Below, one piece after another: positions 22,245 through 32,833 of a DNA stretch of 64,000 nt (position 1 is the stretch's first letter; each line of letters begins with the position of its first letter). The notes beneath the pieces are model-generated. The model made no database searches. It saw nothing but the letters and a program-made list of their open reading frames with translations, and had not been told where the DNA came from. Made by a program: the position numbers and the translations under genes. Location of the stretch: contig JBJLBB010000001.1 of NCBI GenBank assembly GCA_045568435.1, forward strand, positions 492,413 through 556,412. Direction: 5' to 3'. This stretch comes from Candidatus Poseidoniaceae archaeon (GTDB taxonomy: Archaea > Thermoplasmatota > Poseidoniia > Poseidoniales > Poseidoniaceae).

Positions 22245-25200
22245 TTCAGGTCGCCATTGTCAAGAATCGCACAGACGTGCATAAACCCGCCATCTACTGC
22301 AACGGCCGTGCGGCCCGGGCCGAGGTCAATCGGTGTAGAGGGAGGAGTGTACTCGTCGTTGCTGGTACCAATACCCAACTGACCATAGTCGCCCCTTCCC
22401 CAGCACTTCAGGTCACCGTTATCGAGAATAGCGCAGGTGCGATAATAATCTGCAGAAATGGCAACGGCCGTTCGGCCCGTGCCAAAGTCTATTGAAACAG
22501 GTGAAAGTTGGTTTGCGGAGCTCATATCGTCACCCAACTGTCCGTATTGGTCGCTTCCCCAACACTTCATGTCACCGTTGTCAAGGATGGCGCAGTTGTG
22601 AGTTGACCCAGTTGAAATGGCAACGGCCGTTCGGCCCGTGCCGAGGTCAATCGCTGTGGATGAAGGAGTGTTTTGGGCAAAGAGAGAGGTTGCACCATTG
22701 CCCAACTGTCCTTGTTGATTAAATCCCCAGCACTTGGCATCGCCGTTGTCGAGAATAGCGCAAGTGTGGAGTTCTCCAACACCGACCTTGTTGTTCGCAT
22801 AAGCAGAGGCGGAGGAACTCGAAGAGCCGCTGCTTGAGCCGCTGCTCAGTACAGTTGAGGAATCCCAGGTGTTGCTACCAGTAACCAAAACAGGTGTGAT
22901 TTGGCCTACGGAGGAGGCGGAACCTTGGCCCAACTGCCCACGATCCTGTCTCCCCCAGCACTTCGCATCGCTGTTGTCAAGGATGGCGCAGGTGTAGTAA
23001 GTTCCAGCAGAAACCGCAACGGCCGTCCGGCCCGTGCCGAGGTCAATTGCTGTGGAGGAAGGTGCTGTTGTGTACGTGGAAGTTGTATGTTGTGTTCCAC
23101 CGTCGCCCAACTGTCCGTAGTTATCCCATCCCCAACACTTCAAGTCGCCGTTGTCAAGGATGGCGCAGGTATGGTGAAGTCCAGTAGAAACCGCAACGGC
23201 TGTGCGACCAGTACCGAGGTCAATCGCTGTGGACGAAGGGGCGTTGGTGTCCGTGTTGGTTCCACCGTCGCCCAACTGTCCCTTGTAGTCTCGCCCCCAA
23301 CACTTCAGGTCGCCGTTGTCAAGGATAGCACAGGTGTGGAAGTTTCCAGCAGACACCGCAATGGCCGTGCGGCCCAGGCCGAGATCAATCGGTGTGGATG
23401 AAGGGGCGTTGGTGGCAATGTTGCTTCCACCATTGCCCAACTGTCCATAGTTATCGGCCCCCCAACACTTCAGGTCGCCGTTGTCGAGAATTGCGCAGGT
23501 GTGGCTCGAACCAGCAGATACAGCAATGGCCGTTCGGCCCATGCCGAGATCTATCGGTGTGGATGAAGGTGCGAGGATGTCCGTGTTGGTTGCACCGTAG
23601 CCGTGGGCGGAATCTATTCCCCAACATTTCAAGTCGCCGTTGTCGAGGATGGCGCAGGTGTGGTAATCTCCAGCAGATGCCGCAACTGCCGTTCGGCCTG
23701 AGCCGAGATTAATCGGTGTGGATGAAGGAGCGTTGAGGTCGTTCGCAGTAGGATCAGCGCTGGACCATGCTGGCCCGCCATCGCCCAACTGTCCTTTCCA
23801 GTCATATCCCCAACACTTCATGTCGCCGTTGTCGAGAATGGCGCAGGTGTGTTGGAGACCTGTGACCACCTGCAAAGCCGTTCGGCCCGTGCCGAGATCA
23901 ATCGCAGTGGATGAAGGTGCGAGGATGTCCGTGTTGAATCCACCGTCGCCCAACTGTCCCTTGTGGTCATTCCCCCAACACTTCAGGTCGCCGTTGTCAG
24001 TAATAGCGCAGGTGTGACTGCTGTGTTTTGCATCAAGCTTGTTGTTCGCATAAGCAGAGGCGGAGGAACTCGAAGAGCCGCTGCCTGAGCCGCTGCCTGA
24101 GCCGCTTACTGCACTGGAGTCATATTGGAAGGTGATGTTGGTCATGGCCTGCCCAACTGTAAGGTCTGCACCTTCTGAACTGGCAATTAAGTCAGTAGCA
24201 GAACTGCCGCTATTAGAGCCGGTTGAATTGTCCCATGTAAAACCGCCATCAACAATTCCAGGAACCGATGAATCGCTTTGACCAGGTCCATTACCTAGGG
24301 CACCATTGTGATCATGTCCAAAGCATGTCAAGGAACTATCGTCAAGAATGGCGCAAGTGTGGTCGCTTCCAGCAGAGATGGCTAATGCTGTTCTGCCAAC
24401 TCCGAGGTCAACCCACGCAGGAGAATAAGCGGGTTGTGTTGTCGGGGCACCGGTACCAAGTCTGCCATAACCGTTAGCGCCCCAGCAATATAATGAGCCG
24501 TTGTCAACAATAGCACAGGTGTGAAAATCTCCAGCAGATACTGCAACTGGTGTGCTACCTGCTCCCAGATCAACCCAACTTGGTGTACCAATTGTTTGCA
24601 TAGAGCCTCCTGAACCATTACCCAACTGACCATACGAGTTATGTCCCCAACAGTAGAGTGAACCGTTGTCATAAATTGCGCACATGTGTTGGCTTCCCAG
24701 AGATATTTGCGCAGCAGTTCTACCGGCTCCAAGGTCTACCCAGAGCGGAGCATACTCATTGGCTTGGGGGCCTGATGAGTGAAAAGGGCCGCCGCGGCCA
24801 AGCTGACCATATGCGTCGCTGCCCCAGCAGTAAAGCGAACCATTATTGAGAATCGAACAAACGTTCATGCTACCAACACCGACTGCTACTGCGGCATTTC
24901 CGCCCAAGTCAACCCAGCCTGGAGACGTTTGAAGTCCCAGATGTTGATTTCCATAGCCCAGTTGTCCATGAGTATTACTGCCCCAGCAATAGAGTGAACT
25001 ATTATCAGCAATAGCACAAGTTGTACCGTAGGCAGCAGCAATTCTTGTCGCAGTCCTACCCACTCCTAAATCCACCCACACCGGAGTAGTTTGTGTTTGA
25101 GTTTGTTGTCCATTGCCTAGTTGACCATATGTATTCTCTCCCCAACACATCAGTGAGCCGTTGCTCAGAGTAGCACAAGTATGACGATATCCGTTTACGA

Positions 25201-25615
25201 CCTCATTAACAGTTGTACCAGTGCCAAGGTCAACCCATACCGGAGTATGGGCATTTGTGGTGGTGCCATCACCAACTTGTCCGCGATTATTCAGCCCCCA
25301 GCACAATAGCGTGCCGTTGTCCAGAATCGCACATGTATGAAGTCCTGATGCGTCAAGTTGGTAACTATGCCTAATCTCAGTACTAGGTGAATTGCTTGAG
25401 CCACCTGTCTCCATAGCCGATGAATAATCATCAAATGAATCATTACCGGTTCTTGGACTATTTATCAGGTCTAAGTACCCGACTTGAGTCATGATTATCA
25501 TAATAATAATCAAAAACGCTGATTTTACAGTTTTTCCATGGCTTGCGCTACGCTGCATGATAGATGTTTTTACAGCAAGTGGATATAAGTTAACCCGTTC
25601 ATGAAAGGAACTCAA
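22184..25615 (-). CDS. Giant cell-surface protein gene 2, N-terminal 1143-aa portion: signal/anchor peptide then about 20 RCC1 repeats with GSGSGSG linkers. By manual translation the track start is TTG (computed at 25616); the internal ATG at 25559 (MQRSASHGKTVKSAFLIIIMIIMTQVGYL) is a more likely start.
   Basis: Hydrophobic N-terminus. About 20 copies of xHTCAILDNGDLKCWGxxxxGQLGDGGTxxxxxPxxxxIDLGxGRTAVAVSAG. Terminates at a stop produced by a 16-nt insertion-like lesion. Confidence 0.8.
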   Translation of the reverse strand: MSSFHERVNLYPLAVKTSIMQRSASHGKTVKSAFLIIIMIIMTQVGYLDLINSPRTGNDSFDDYSSAMETGGSSNSPSTEIRHSYQLDASGLHTCAILDNGTLLCWGLNNRGQVGDGTTTNAHTPVWVDLGTGTTVNEVVNGYRHTCATLSNGSLMCWGENTYGQLGNGQQTQTQTTPVWVDLGVGRTATRIAAAYGTTCAIADNSSLYCWGSNTHGQLGYGNQHLGLQTSPGWVDLGGNAAVAVGVGSMNVCSILNNGSLYCWGSDAYGQLGRGGPFHSSGPQANEYAPLWVDLGAGRTAAQISLGSQHMCAIYDNGSLYCWGHNSYGQLGNGSGGSMQTIGTPSWVDLGAGSTPVAVSAGDFHTCAIVDNGSLYCWGANGYGRLGTGAPTTQPAYSPAWVDLGVGRTALAISAGSDHTCAILDDSSLTCFGHDHNGALGNGPGQSDSSVPGIVDGGFTWDNSTGSNSGSSATDLIASSEGADLTVGQAMTNITFQYDSSAVSGSGSGSGSGSSSSSASAYANNKLDAKHSSHTCAITDNGDLKCWGNDHKGQLGDGGFNTDILAPSSTAIDLGTGRTALQVVTGLQHTCAILDNGDMKCWGYDWKGQLGDGGPAWSSADPTANDLNAPSSTPINLGSGRTAVAASAGDYHTCAILDNGDLKCWGIDSAHGYGATNTDILAPSSTPIDLGMGRTAIAVSAGSSHTCAILDNGDLKCWGADNYGQLGNGGSNIATNAPSSTPIDLGLGRTAIAVSAGNFHTCAILDNGDLKCWGRDYKGQLGDGGTNTDTNAPSSTAIDLGTGRTAVAVSTGLHHTCAILDNGDLKCWGWDNYGQLGDGGTQHTTSTYTTAPSSTAIDLGTGRTAVAVSAGTYYTCAILDNSDAKCWGRQDRGQLGQGSASSVGQITPVLVTGSNTWDSSTVLSSGSSSGSSSSSASAYANNKVGVGELHTCAILDNGDAKCWGFNQQGQLGNGATSLFAQNTPSSTAIDLGTGRTAVAISTGSTHNCAILDNGDMKCWGSDQYGQLGDDMSSANQLSPVSIDFGTGRTAVAISADYYRTCAILDNGDLKCWGRGDYGQLGIGTSNDEYTPPSTPIDLGPGRTAVAVDGGFMHVCAILDNGDLKCWGQNFAGELGIVYPLHRH

Positions 25616-26913
25616 GCGGAATCATACATGTTAATAGCAGTTTCCAGACGTCTTGCTTCTTCTTCAAGTTCAGCCCTTTTCTTCTTATCCATGTTGACAT
25701 CTTTGAGTTGCTCTTGAATAGCATCAAGTTGCTTCTTCGCTTCTTCACGTTCTTCAAGGTGCTTTTGTTCTTCCTTCTCCATCTTCTTAGATGCTGCAGC
25801 CTGCTTTCTAGTTGATGCTTGAGTGTAAACACTTTCTGTTAACTCAACAGATGTTGGATATGGAATATTGATTCCTTCATCGCTAAACGTACTGTCGATC
25901 GTTCTTAAGAGCCAATCTCTTGCTAGCCACTCATCTGAGTAGTCATTGACCCAACCAAATAGGCGGAACACTTTAGCAAAGTCACCAAGTTCAGTCAACA
26001 AAACCTGCGGTTTTGGCTCATCAATAACGTATTCACAATCCCTGGCAATCTTGACCATCGTTAGCTTAACGTGTTCGGTGCTCTCACGGTAATCAACACC
26101 CACATCGATAACAATAGAGATACGTCGAGCCATTCCATCACCGCCACCACGAGCATGGTTAACTATCGTGGAGGAAACTAATGTGTTGTTTGGAATGACC
26201 ACCAGGCGCTCATCTCGGTCAAGAACCTTGGTTGAAAGAATACCTGTTCCGACAACTGAACCCCAAGTGCCATCAACTTCAATTCGATCACCGATTTCAA
26301 ACGGACGGTCAATTGCAAGTAAGAAAGAGTTGATGATGTTACCAAGAGTTTGTTGTACTGCAAGTCCGATAATTAAGGAGAATACCGCTAATGAAGCAAG
26401 TACTCCAAATAATTCAACTCCAATTTCCGTAAGGGCAAGGTAAAGACCTCCAAACCATACTGTGAATCTTAATGTAAAGGTAATCAGAGGATTACTACCA
26501 GATACTGTAACGCTTGACTTCTCTGTGAACCGGTCCATTATCATAGGAATAATATGTTTAATCGAAACACTGGCAATTGAAGTAGCCAGCAATATGTAAA
26601 TGGCTGAAAAAATAGGATCTAATGTGTCATTGAATGAATATCCTTCAAATACCCATAATAGAGTTAGTTGAGCAGCACCAACATAGAGGAAAAAGTATGC
26701 CCTTGTCGCTACTGGACGGTGTAATTTGTCATCCCACGCGGTGTCAGTAGACATCACAATACGGCCCCAAGGCCTTACAATACCAAACTTTACGACTTGA
26801 AAAGCAATGAAAGTAAGAATAATACTAATTCCGAATTTAAAGAATGAATTTAATTCATCTACCGCATCTAATTGTTCGTTGACCGTATTCATGAAATCAT
26901 CAATAGCACTCAT
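25612..26913 (-). CDS. mscS: Small-conductance mechanosensitive channel (MscS family) with a C-terminal charged coiled-coil extension.
   Basis: Three N-terminal TM helices and a conserved MscS core (...LAVQQTLGNIINSFLLAIDRPFEIGDRIEVDGTWGSVVGTGILSTKVLDRDERLVVIPNNTL...). ATG at 26913 verified. Confidence 0.85.
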   Translation of the reverse strand: MSAIDDFMNTVNEQLDAVDELNSFFKFGISIILTFIAFQVVKFGIVRPWGRIVMSTDTAWDDKLHRPVATRAYFFLYVGAAQLTLLWVFEGYSFNDTLDPIFSAIYILLATSIASVSIKHIIPMIMDRFTEKSSVTVSGSNPLITFTLRFTVWFGGLYLALTEIGVELFGVLASLAVFSLIIGLAVQQTLGNIINSFLLAIDRPFEIGDRIEVDGTWGSVVGTGILSTKVLDRDERLVVIPNNTLVSSTIVNHARGGGDGMARRISIVIDVGVDYRESTEHVKLTMVKIARDCEYVIDEPKPQVLLTELGDFAKVFRLFGWVNDYSDEWLARDWLLRTIDSTFSDEGINIPYPTSVELTESVYTQASTRKQAAASKKMEKEEQKHLEEREEAKKQLDAIQEQLKDVNMDKKKRAELEEEARRLETAINMYDSA

Positions 26914-27061
26914 AAGAAACCCTACTCAGTAATTGCGCCACTTGTGATTGTCTTTTGACCTTTACTCCGATATCAATTATACAAAAAATATTTTTTACGT
27001 AAGAAATTTTGATACATTACATTGATATGTATGAGTTGAGACCCGTTCATGAGAGGTTATC
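26914..27061. promoter_or_regulatory. AT-rich divergent intergenic region between mscS (minus) and the HTH_10 regulator (plus); presumably holds both promoters (archaeal BRE/TATA).
   Basis: 148-bp non-coding, AT-rich (...tatacaaaaaatattttttacgtaagaaattttgatacattacattgatatgtatgag...) between divergently oriented starts. No specific TATA box assigned. Confidence 0.3.
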
Positions 27062-27724
27062 ATGTCGCAGCAAGTTCTCCGCTTTTTACAGATGAAGGTG
27101 ACGATGGAACAAGCCAAAGACTCACCTGGTAGTATCTTAACCAAATACTTTCAAAAAGTAGAATTGGTTTCTGCCGTATCATGGTTTGGAAATTATCCTG
27201 AATATCTGTTGAGATTGGAATTGTATAATGAAATGGATTTAGAGAATTTTTCGATAGATGGTATATTTGAGATTGTCAAGGTCATTTCAAACGGAAGTGA
27301 CTCTGCAATTGTAATCGGTAGACTTCTTGGACCAATACTTCTCTTGATTCACCAAATAGAGGAATGTTGGATTCAAACTCCTTCCACTCTAAGTAATATT
27401 AATGGTTTATTCATCACAGTTCATGGAACAACTGAAGGCCTCAAGAAATTTAGAGATGGTGTGAAAAGACTATTGCCAGATTCAGTAAAAATGAGAATTA
27501 CAAAGAATCTGAAAGCCGACTGGATAGCAGCTCCTCAACTACCAGAAAGACGTCGAGAAGTGATCGACCTTGCAGTTAGAAGAGGATACTACAAGACCCC
27601 TCGTAAGTGTACACAAAGAGAACTAGCCGATGAATTGGGAGTTAGACAAGGGACTGTAGCAGAGCACTTACAATCAGCAGAAGGAATGATCATAGAATCA
27701 TGGTCTGAGCAATCCAGAGCTTAA
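27062..27724 (+). CDS. Bat-type HTH_10 family transcriptional regulator, paralogue of 12070..12813.
   Basis: C-terminal ...LAVRRGYYKTPRKCTQRELADELGVRQGTVAEHLQSAEGMI... (HTH_10 signature). The N-terminal domain aligns with the other regulator (LTKYFQKVELVS vs ITDYFNKLELVT; ITVHGTTEGLKKFRDGVKRLLPDSVKMRITKNL vs MTIHGTPKGLKRIKDKLELLIPERMEMRISKLI). Confidence 0.7.
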   Translation: MSQQVLRFLQMKVTMEQAKDSPGSILTKYFQKVELVSAVSWFGNYPEYLLRLELYNEMDLENFSIDGIFEIVKVISNGSDSAIVIGRLLGPILLLIHQIEECWIQTPSTLSNINGLFITVHGTTEGLKKFRDGVKRLLPDSVKMRITKNLKADWIAAPQLPERRREVIDLAVRRGYYKTPRKCTQRELADELGVRQGTVAEHLQSAEGMIIESWSEQSRA

Positions 27725-28561
27725 TCAAGCCAGATTACCTGACTGGAAATCCATTACGGCTTGATGAATCTCTTGGCGTGTATTCATCACAAAAGGCCCA
27801 TACCTAGCGATTGGTTCATTTATTTCAGGACCTGCAAGAATCAAAAACTCCGCTCCATCTTTTGAAGAAATCTCAAGTTCATCTCCTTCATCGAGAATAA
27901 TCAGTTGTCCATCCTCAATTACTTTACCAGATACTTCGCCTTGACCTCCAAACATGTATATCATCCCGTTGAGGTCCGATGAAATCTTATGTGTTAAATT
28001 TGAATCTTCTTTCATGCGATAATGAATGAACTGAATAGGGATTACTGTGTCGATTACAGCCTTAGCGCCCATCGCCTCACCTGCAACCACTTTCGCCCAA
28101 ACTTTACCATCAACCGATTCAACAACAGGCAATTCATCTGAAGGAATGTCTTGATATCGAGGTTGCATCATCTTATCTTTCGCAGGCAAGTTCACCCATA
28201 TTTGGAAACCATGCATAACTCCGCCTGAATCATAAAAATCTGGATGAGGCAATTCAGAATGAATAATACCTCGACCCGCAGTCATCCATTGTACATCACC
28301 AGGATTCAAGTCACCAGAATTACCTGCAGAATCAGCATGTTGCATCGAACCTTCAAGCATGTAAGTCACAGTTTCAAAGCCTCTATGTGGGTGAGATGGT
28401 GCACCAATTGCTTGTTTGGGCCCATAATTTACTGGACCCATCTCATCAAGAAGTAAAAATGGACTCATCAAAGAACCCATGGCAACAGGCCTCCTTACTT
28501 TGAAGCCACCACCTTCGAGTACTGTATGAGTTGGAATCACTGATTTTACCGAACGCTGCAA
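27725..28561 (-). CDS. Pirin-family (bicupin) protein.
   Basis: HPHRGFETVTYMLEGSMQHADSAGNSGDLNPGDVQWMTAGRGIIHSE: the pirin N-terminal cupin metal-binding motif. Confidence 0.8.
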   Translation of the reverse strand: MQRSVKSVIPTHTVLEGGGFKVRRPVAMGSLMSPFLLLDEMGPVNYGPKQAIGAPSHPHRGFETVTYMLEGSMQHADSAGNSGDLNPGDVQWMTAGRGIIHSELPHPDFYDSGGVMHGFQIWVNLPAKDKMMQPRYQDIPSDELPVVESVDGKVWAKVVAGEAMGAKAVIDTVIPIQFIHYRMKEDSNLTHKISSDLNGMIYMFGGQGEVSGKVIEDGQLIILDEGDELEISSKDGAEFLILAGPEINEPIARYGPFVMNTRQEIHQAVMDFQSGNLA

Positions 28562-28668
28562 ACTCTCACCAATACAATTGGAGGGTTGAATGTATTCAAA
28601 GTCTTGCTACCGTCCACGATACTATCGCATTACCAAATCTTAACAAGGATGGCACTAGAGTCAGTATC

Positions 28669-28944
28669 ATGTCTGAAGAAGTCATACTACAACATGCTAA
28701 AGATGCTGGAACTGATTTTTTAATGTATACAGGGAATTTCTGTGGTTATTGTGAAGCAGCAAAACGATTATTCAAAAATAAAAATTTATCATACGTCGAA
28801 TATAATTTTGAACATCATTCTGGTTTGCGTCAAGAAGTAGTAGCAGCAACAGGTCACCGAACCGTACCAGTAATCTTCGATTTGAGGGACGGCAATGTGA
28901 TGTATATTGGCGGATTTGATGAAACCAATAAATATCTAAATTAA
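28669..28944 (+). CDS. Glutaredoxin (thioredoxin fold). The track ORF 28531..28944 overlaps the pirin start; the ATG at 28669 (MSEEVILQ...) gives a typical ~91-aa Grx.
   Basis: CGYC active site (YTGNFCGYCEAAKRLF) and ...RTVPVIFDLRDGNVMYIGGFDET (the glutaredoxin TVP...GG.D motif). Confidence 0.7.
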   Translation: MSEEVILQHAKDAGTDFLMYTGNFCGYCEAAKRLFKNKNLSYVEYNFEHHSGLRQEVVAATGHRTVPVIFDLRDGNVMYIGGFDETNKYLN

Positions 28945-29543
28945 TCGAAAGTTTCCAACCATTCTTTGATTGAATCATGATGCTCAAGAGGTATCATGTG
29001 ACCTTTTTTATGCTCTATTAATTCTACTGACCAGCCACCCGCTTCAAATAAATGAGCAACAGACCAACCATCTTCAATTGGAACTCTGACATCTTTTTCA
29101 CCATGCATCCAAAACATTCTCTTTGGGTCTAATTCTTCTAGTCTCATACGAAGTTCCATCGGACGAACCAGTCTAGTTCCAATGCATATGATTCCAACTA
29201 TCCTATCTGCAATGGGTAAGTGCATCAATTCTTGAGCCATAGCTCCTCCTTGAGAAAAGCCACCGACAACCAATGGGCCCATAGGTGCTTGTTCAGAAAT
29301 TATCTTTTCAAGTTGTGAAAGACTTGAATCAACATCAATCAATTCTCTTCTTGACAAATTTAATCTGCGTGTGGAATCGATATCATAGTCTTCATATCGC
29401 CACCAAGTCAAACCTCTCATCGGATGATTATACCTTGCTTCAGGTACGATTAAAGTCCAACCATCTGGAAGAATCTTTTCAGCAAAAGGACGCATCATAC
29501 TTGCATCGCCAGTCATGCCATGCATCATGATCAGAGTTGGCAA
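28941..29543 (-). CDS. Alpha/beta-hydrolase, phospholipase/carboxylesterase family.
   Basis: VVGGFSQGGAMA nucleophile-elbow (GxSxG) context; 200-aa size; overall layout typical of the PF02230-like esterase family. Confidence 0.6.
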   Translation of the reverse strand: MPTLIMMHGMTGDASMMRPFAEKILPDGWTLIVPEARYNHPMRGLTWWRYEDYDIDSTRRLNLSRRELIDVDSSLSQLEKIISEQAPMGPLVVGGFSQGGAMAQELMHLPIADRIVGIICIGTRLVRPMELRMRLEELDPKRMFWMHGEKDVRVPIEDGWSVAHLFEAGGWSVELIEHKKGHMIPLEHHDSIKEWLETFD

Positions 29544-29552
29544 GAAAACACC

Positions 29553-30512
29553 TCACAGTGTCCAAGAACGTACTAGAGCCCCAGCAACTTTGAGGTGAAC
29601 AAATGAAGTTTCACCTTGTAATGTTAGAGTTATTCTGTGCTCGCCTGTCTTTGAAGGGATGGTACCAAATGAGCCTTTTTCAGTTGCTCCATTACCCCAT
29701 GCTCTAGATAACGGCGATGTGCCATCTTGCTGGTCGCTTATTGTCAAAGTTCCAGATCCTCCTTTATCGTCGATTTCTACATCCAAATACCAGACTAATG
29801 TATCCCATGCCTCGTTAGATGAGTATCCTTCATCAAAGAATGTGTCATATATTTCTTGGTCATTTTCTTCATACATGTTATCATGTAAATCTCCAGCACG
29901 ATAGAAGAAAACATCGCCAGAGTATCCAGTATCTTTCAAATTAAGTGACATGCGAAGATTATCAACTCCTTCATCAGTTGTCCAAGTTAGAGTTTTGACA
30001 AATCCTTGTCTACCACTAAAGACATAATCAAGCATATGTCCTTCACTGGAGGTTGCAGAAACTGTTACTTCTCCATTGTAGACGTTATCGGTTTGTGCGC
30101 TCCAATCTTGTCCAAGTAATCTGAAATTCCAAGTTGAGCCAACCTCCCAAGGGAAATTGAAAACTGGTTGTGGCTCACCATTCTCATAAACTGAAAGACC
30201 ATCCATAGTGACTCTACCAAGGAATGGATTGTGATTGATAACGGCGTGACGCTGAGCTTCACCTTCTGATGAGATACCAAGCATGAATAGTCCGTCGTCT
30301 TCACGGATATCTGCTACGACTAATCTTGCACTATCTTCTCCGAACTCAGGAGTGATAAATGTATAGAGCCATTGGTCGCCAATTTGCCAATCTGGCAAGG
30401 CTAATTCATCCTCAGTAGTATCGCCGATACCAGATGAAGAATTACCTTCATCTGTGACACATCCAGCAAGGCTGACTGTCAACATCAATAGCGACAGCAA
30501 GTAGGCACGCAT
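29553..30512 (-). CDS. Hypothetical secreted/lipoprotein.
   Basis: N-terminus MRAYLLSLLMLTVSLAGCVTDEG (signal peptide with lipobox-like LAGC). No recognisable catalytic motif. Confidence 0.5.
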   Translation of the reverse strand: MRAYLLSLLMLTVSLAGCVTDEGNSSSGIGDTTEDELALPDWQIGDQWLYTFITPEFGEDSARLVVADIREDDGLFMLGISSEGEAQRHAVINHNPFLGRVTMDGLSVYENGEPQPVFNFPWEVGSTWNFRLLGQDWSAQTDNVYNGEVTVSATSSEGHMLDYVFSGRQGFVKTLTWTTDEGVDNLRMSLNLKDTGYSGDVFFYRAGDLHDNMYEENDQEIYDTFFDEGYSSNEAWDTLVWYLDVEIDDKGGSGTLTISDQQDGTSPLSRAWGNGATEKGSFGTIPSKTGEHRITLTLQGETSFVHLKVAGALVRSWTL

Positions 30513-30572
30513 GGTAGAGCGTGTATGACTTCTTTTGAAAGCCTAACGCTTCCAAGACCGTCTTGAATCTAT

Positions 30573-32684
30573 TCAAAGCAATCCATTTTCGCTCATCTTA
30601 CCTGTACCGGCAAGAACTACTGCGACGATGGACATCAACTTGATTAGAATGTTTAGAGAAGGACCGGAGGTATCCTTGAATGGGTCTCCGATAGTATCTC
30701 CAATAACGGCTGCATTGTGAGCCTCATCGCCCTTCTTTGCACCATCGATGTGACCTTGTTCGATCGCTTTCTTGGCATTGTCCCAAGCACCACCAGCATT
30801 AGCCATGAATAGTGCCATTAGAACACCTGTGACTAAAGATCCTGCTAGCATTCCACCAAGAGCGACTTCTCCCAAAATAAAGCCGACTACAACAGGAGCA
30901 GCTATTGCAACTACACCTGGGCCAACCATTTCACGAAGAGCGGCTTGAGTTGAAATATCTACACACTTCTTAGAGTCTGGCTTGACTCCTTCCTTGCCTT
31001 CTAGAAGGCCAGGGATTTCCTTGAATTGTCTACGGATTTCTACTACCATTTCTCCAGCAGCCTTACCAACTGAAGTCATTGTCATAGCAGCGACAACAAA
31101 CGGTAGTCCACCGCCGATAAGTAATCCGACTACAACCATTGGATTGGTCAATTCAAGTTCAAGGCCAGTACCAACAGCGGTTGTATATGCTGCAAATAGA
31201 GCGAGTGAAGTTAGAGCAGCAGAACCTATTGCGAATCCTTTTCCAACCGCAGCAGTTGTGTTACCGATTGAATCGAGTTCATCGGTGATTGCACGTACTT
31301 CATCACCAAGACTACACATCTCAGCAATTCCACCAGCGTTGTCTGCAACTGGTCCGTAAGCATCAACAGTCATTGTGACACCAACAGTTGCTAGCATACC
31401 CATAGCAGCCATAGCAATACAATATAGTCCAAGACCTGCAATATCAGTTTGTCCACCAAATTCATTAGCACCTAGAATACCAAGTGCAATCAAAAGGATA
31501 GGAATGAATGTTGACATCATACCAACAGACAATCCTGCGATAGCATTGGTTGCTGGTCCTGTCTTAGACATTTCTCCAATGTGAGGAATTGCCTTTGTCT
31601 TGATTCCAAATACCGGTTCAATACCAGTATAGTATTCTGTTACCAGACCAATTAGAATTCCAACAACGCTTCCAAGTACTACAGAGTGCATTACCCAATA
31701 CTCGACATCGATTATGTTTTGTTGGATTGCAGCATAACCGCCAATAGCGAATAGTATTGCGCCAATGAAAGTAGTATTTCTTAGAGCAGCCGCTGGGTCT
31801 TTGCCATTCTTCAGGAAAGCCATTGAAAATACACCGATAATAGAAGCAGTGTATCCAATGAATCCAAGAAGGATTGGTAGAAGAACATAATCTGCAGCGT
31901 TAGGAATATCAAATTCGTTAGCAATTATCATTGCAGCAATTATTGAACCGACAAAGGATTCGAAGATATCTGCGCCCATTCCAGCAACGTCACCGACGTT
32001 GTCACCTACGTTATCAGCGATAACACCAGGGTTTCTTGGGTCATCTTCAGGAATACCTGCTTCGACCTTACCGACTAAGTCAGCACCTACATCAGCAGCC
32101 TTGGTGTAAATACCGCCACCAACACGAGCGAAAAGGGCGATTGAAGATGCACCCATTCCAAACCCTGCTGCTGCTTGAATATCAACAAGTCCAGTTCCAG
32201 AGGATGCTGCATCACCTGCACCAAGCCACCAAGCGATAAGTGAGATACCAAGAAGACCAAGTCCTCCTACTGAAAGACCCATAACTGCACCACCATTGTA
32301 AGAAACCGCTAAAGCAGCAGGTTGTCCACCTTCCTTAGCAGCCATTGCTGTTCTTCCGTTAGCAGAAGTTGCAGCACGCATACCAGAGAATCCAGCAATA
32401 ACTGATGCGAGAGCACCAGCAAAGAATGCAATTGTGGTGTCAGCCTCTCCACCGTTGAGGAACCACAGAAGGAGTCCGACAACTACTACGAAGATACCAA
32501 GTACACGGTACTCAGCCTTAAGGAAGGCCATTGCACCATCTTGTATTTCGGTTGTAATCTCGGCAACTTTTTCGTTGTCTATTTCTACTTTGTTTACGCG
32601 CATGTACAACATAAAAGCGATCAAAAGTCCTACAAGACCGGCTCCAGCTGCGATTAAGGGTATATTTTCCATCATAAAGAACAC
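30573..32684 (-). CDS. hppA: Membrane-bound proton/sodium-translocating inorganic pyrophosphatase (H+-PPase).
   Basis: Diagnostic motifs [19 protein letters not shown] and [27 protein letters not shown]; about 16 TM segments; 703 aa. Confidence 0.92.
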   Translation of the reverse strand: MFFMMENIPLIAAGAGLVGLLIAFMLYMRVNKVEIDNEKVAEITTEIQDGAMAFLKAEYRVLGIFVVVVGLLLWFLNGGEADTTIAFFAGALASVIAGFSGMRAATSANGRTAMAAKEGGQPAALAVSYNGGAVMGLSVGGLGLLGISLIAWWLGAGDAASSGTGLVDIQAAAGFGMGASSIALFARVGGGIYTKAADVGADLVGKVEAGIPEDDPRNPGVIADNVGDNVGDVAGMGADIFESFVGSIIAAMIIANEFDIPNAADYVLLPILLGFIGYTASIIGVFSMAFLKNGKDPAAALRNTTFIGAILFAIGGYAAIQQNIIDVEYWVMHSVVLGSVVGILIGLVTEYYTGIEPVFGIKTKAIPHIGEMSKTGPATNAIAGLSVGMMSTFIPILLIALGILGANEFGGQTDIAGLGLYCIAMAAMGMLATVGVTMTVDAYGPVADNAGGIAEMCSLGDEVRAITDELDSIGNTTAAVGKGFAIGSAALTSLALFAAYTTAVGTGLELELTNPMVVVGLLIGGGLPFVVAAMTMTSVGKAAGEMVVEIRRQFKEIPGLLEGKEGVKPDSKKCVDISTQAALREMVGPGVVAIAAPVVVGFILGEVALGGMLAGSLVTGVLMALFMANAGGAWDNAKKAIEQGHIDGAKKGDEAHNAAVIGDTIGDPFKDTSGPSLNILIKLMSIVAVVLAGTGKMSENGLL

Positions 32685-32833
32685 CTATTGAGTCGGCGAC
32701 CAAAGAACCCCTCATAAGTGGTTCGTAGGTTTTTATGACAAAACTGTTCATTGATATACCAACAGTTCCAAGCCGATATGTTTTTCATGGTTTTAATGAC
32801 ATTATTCAAGAATGATGGCTTCGAGGGTTAGCC

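Noticed and set aside
21671-24017. Plus-strand ORFs (21671..22012, 22151..22495, 22901..23401, 23718..24017 and others) with repeated ...PSPTLQVAVVKNGAGV... peptides.
   Set aside because: Antisense shadows of the RCC1 array: the reverse complement of the repeated CWG...AILDNG codons.
28531-28668. Upstream extension of the glutaredoxin ORF to 28531.
   Set aside because: It would overlap the pirin coding start (28561, opposite strand) by 30 nt and add about 46 residues with no Grx homology. The ATG at 28669 gives a canonical-length glutaredoxin.
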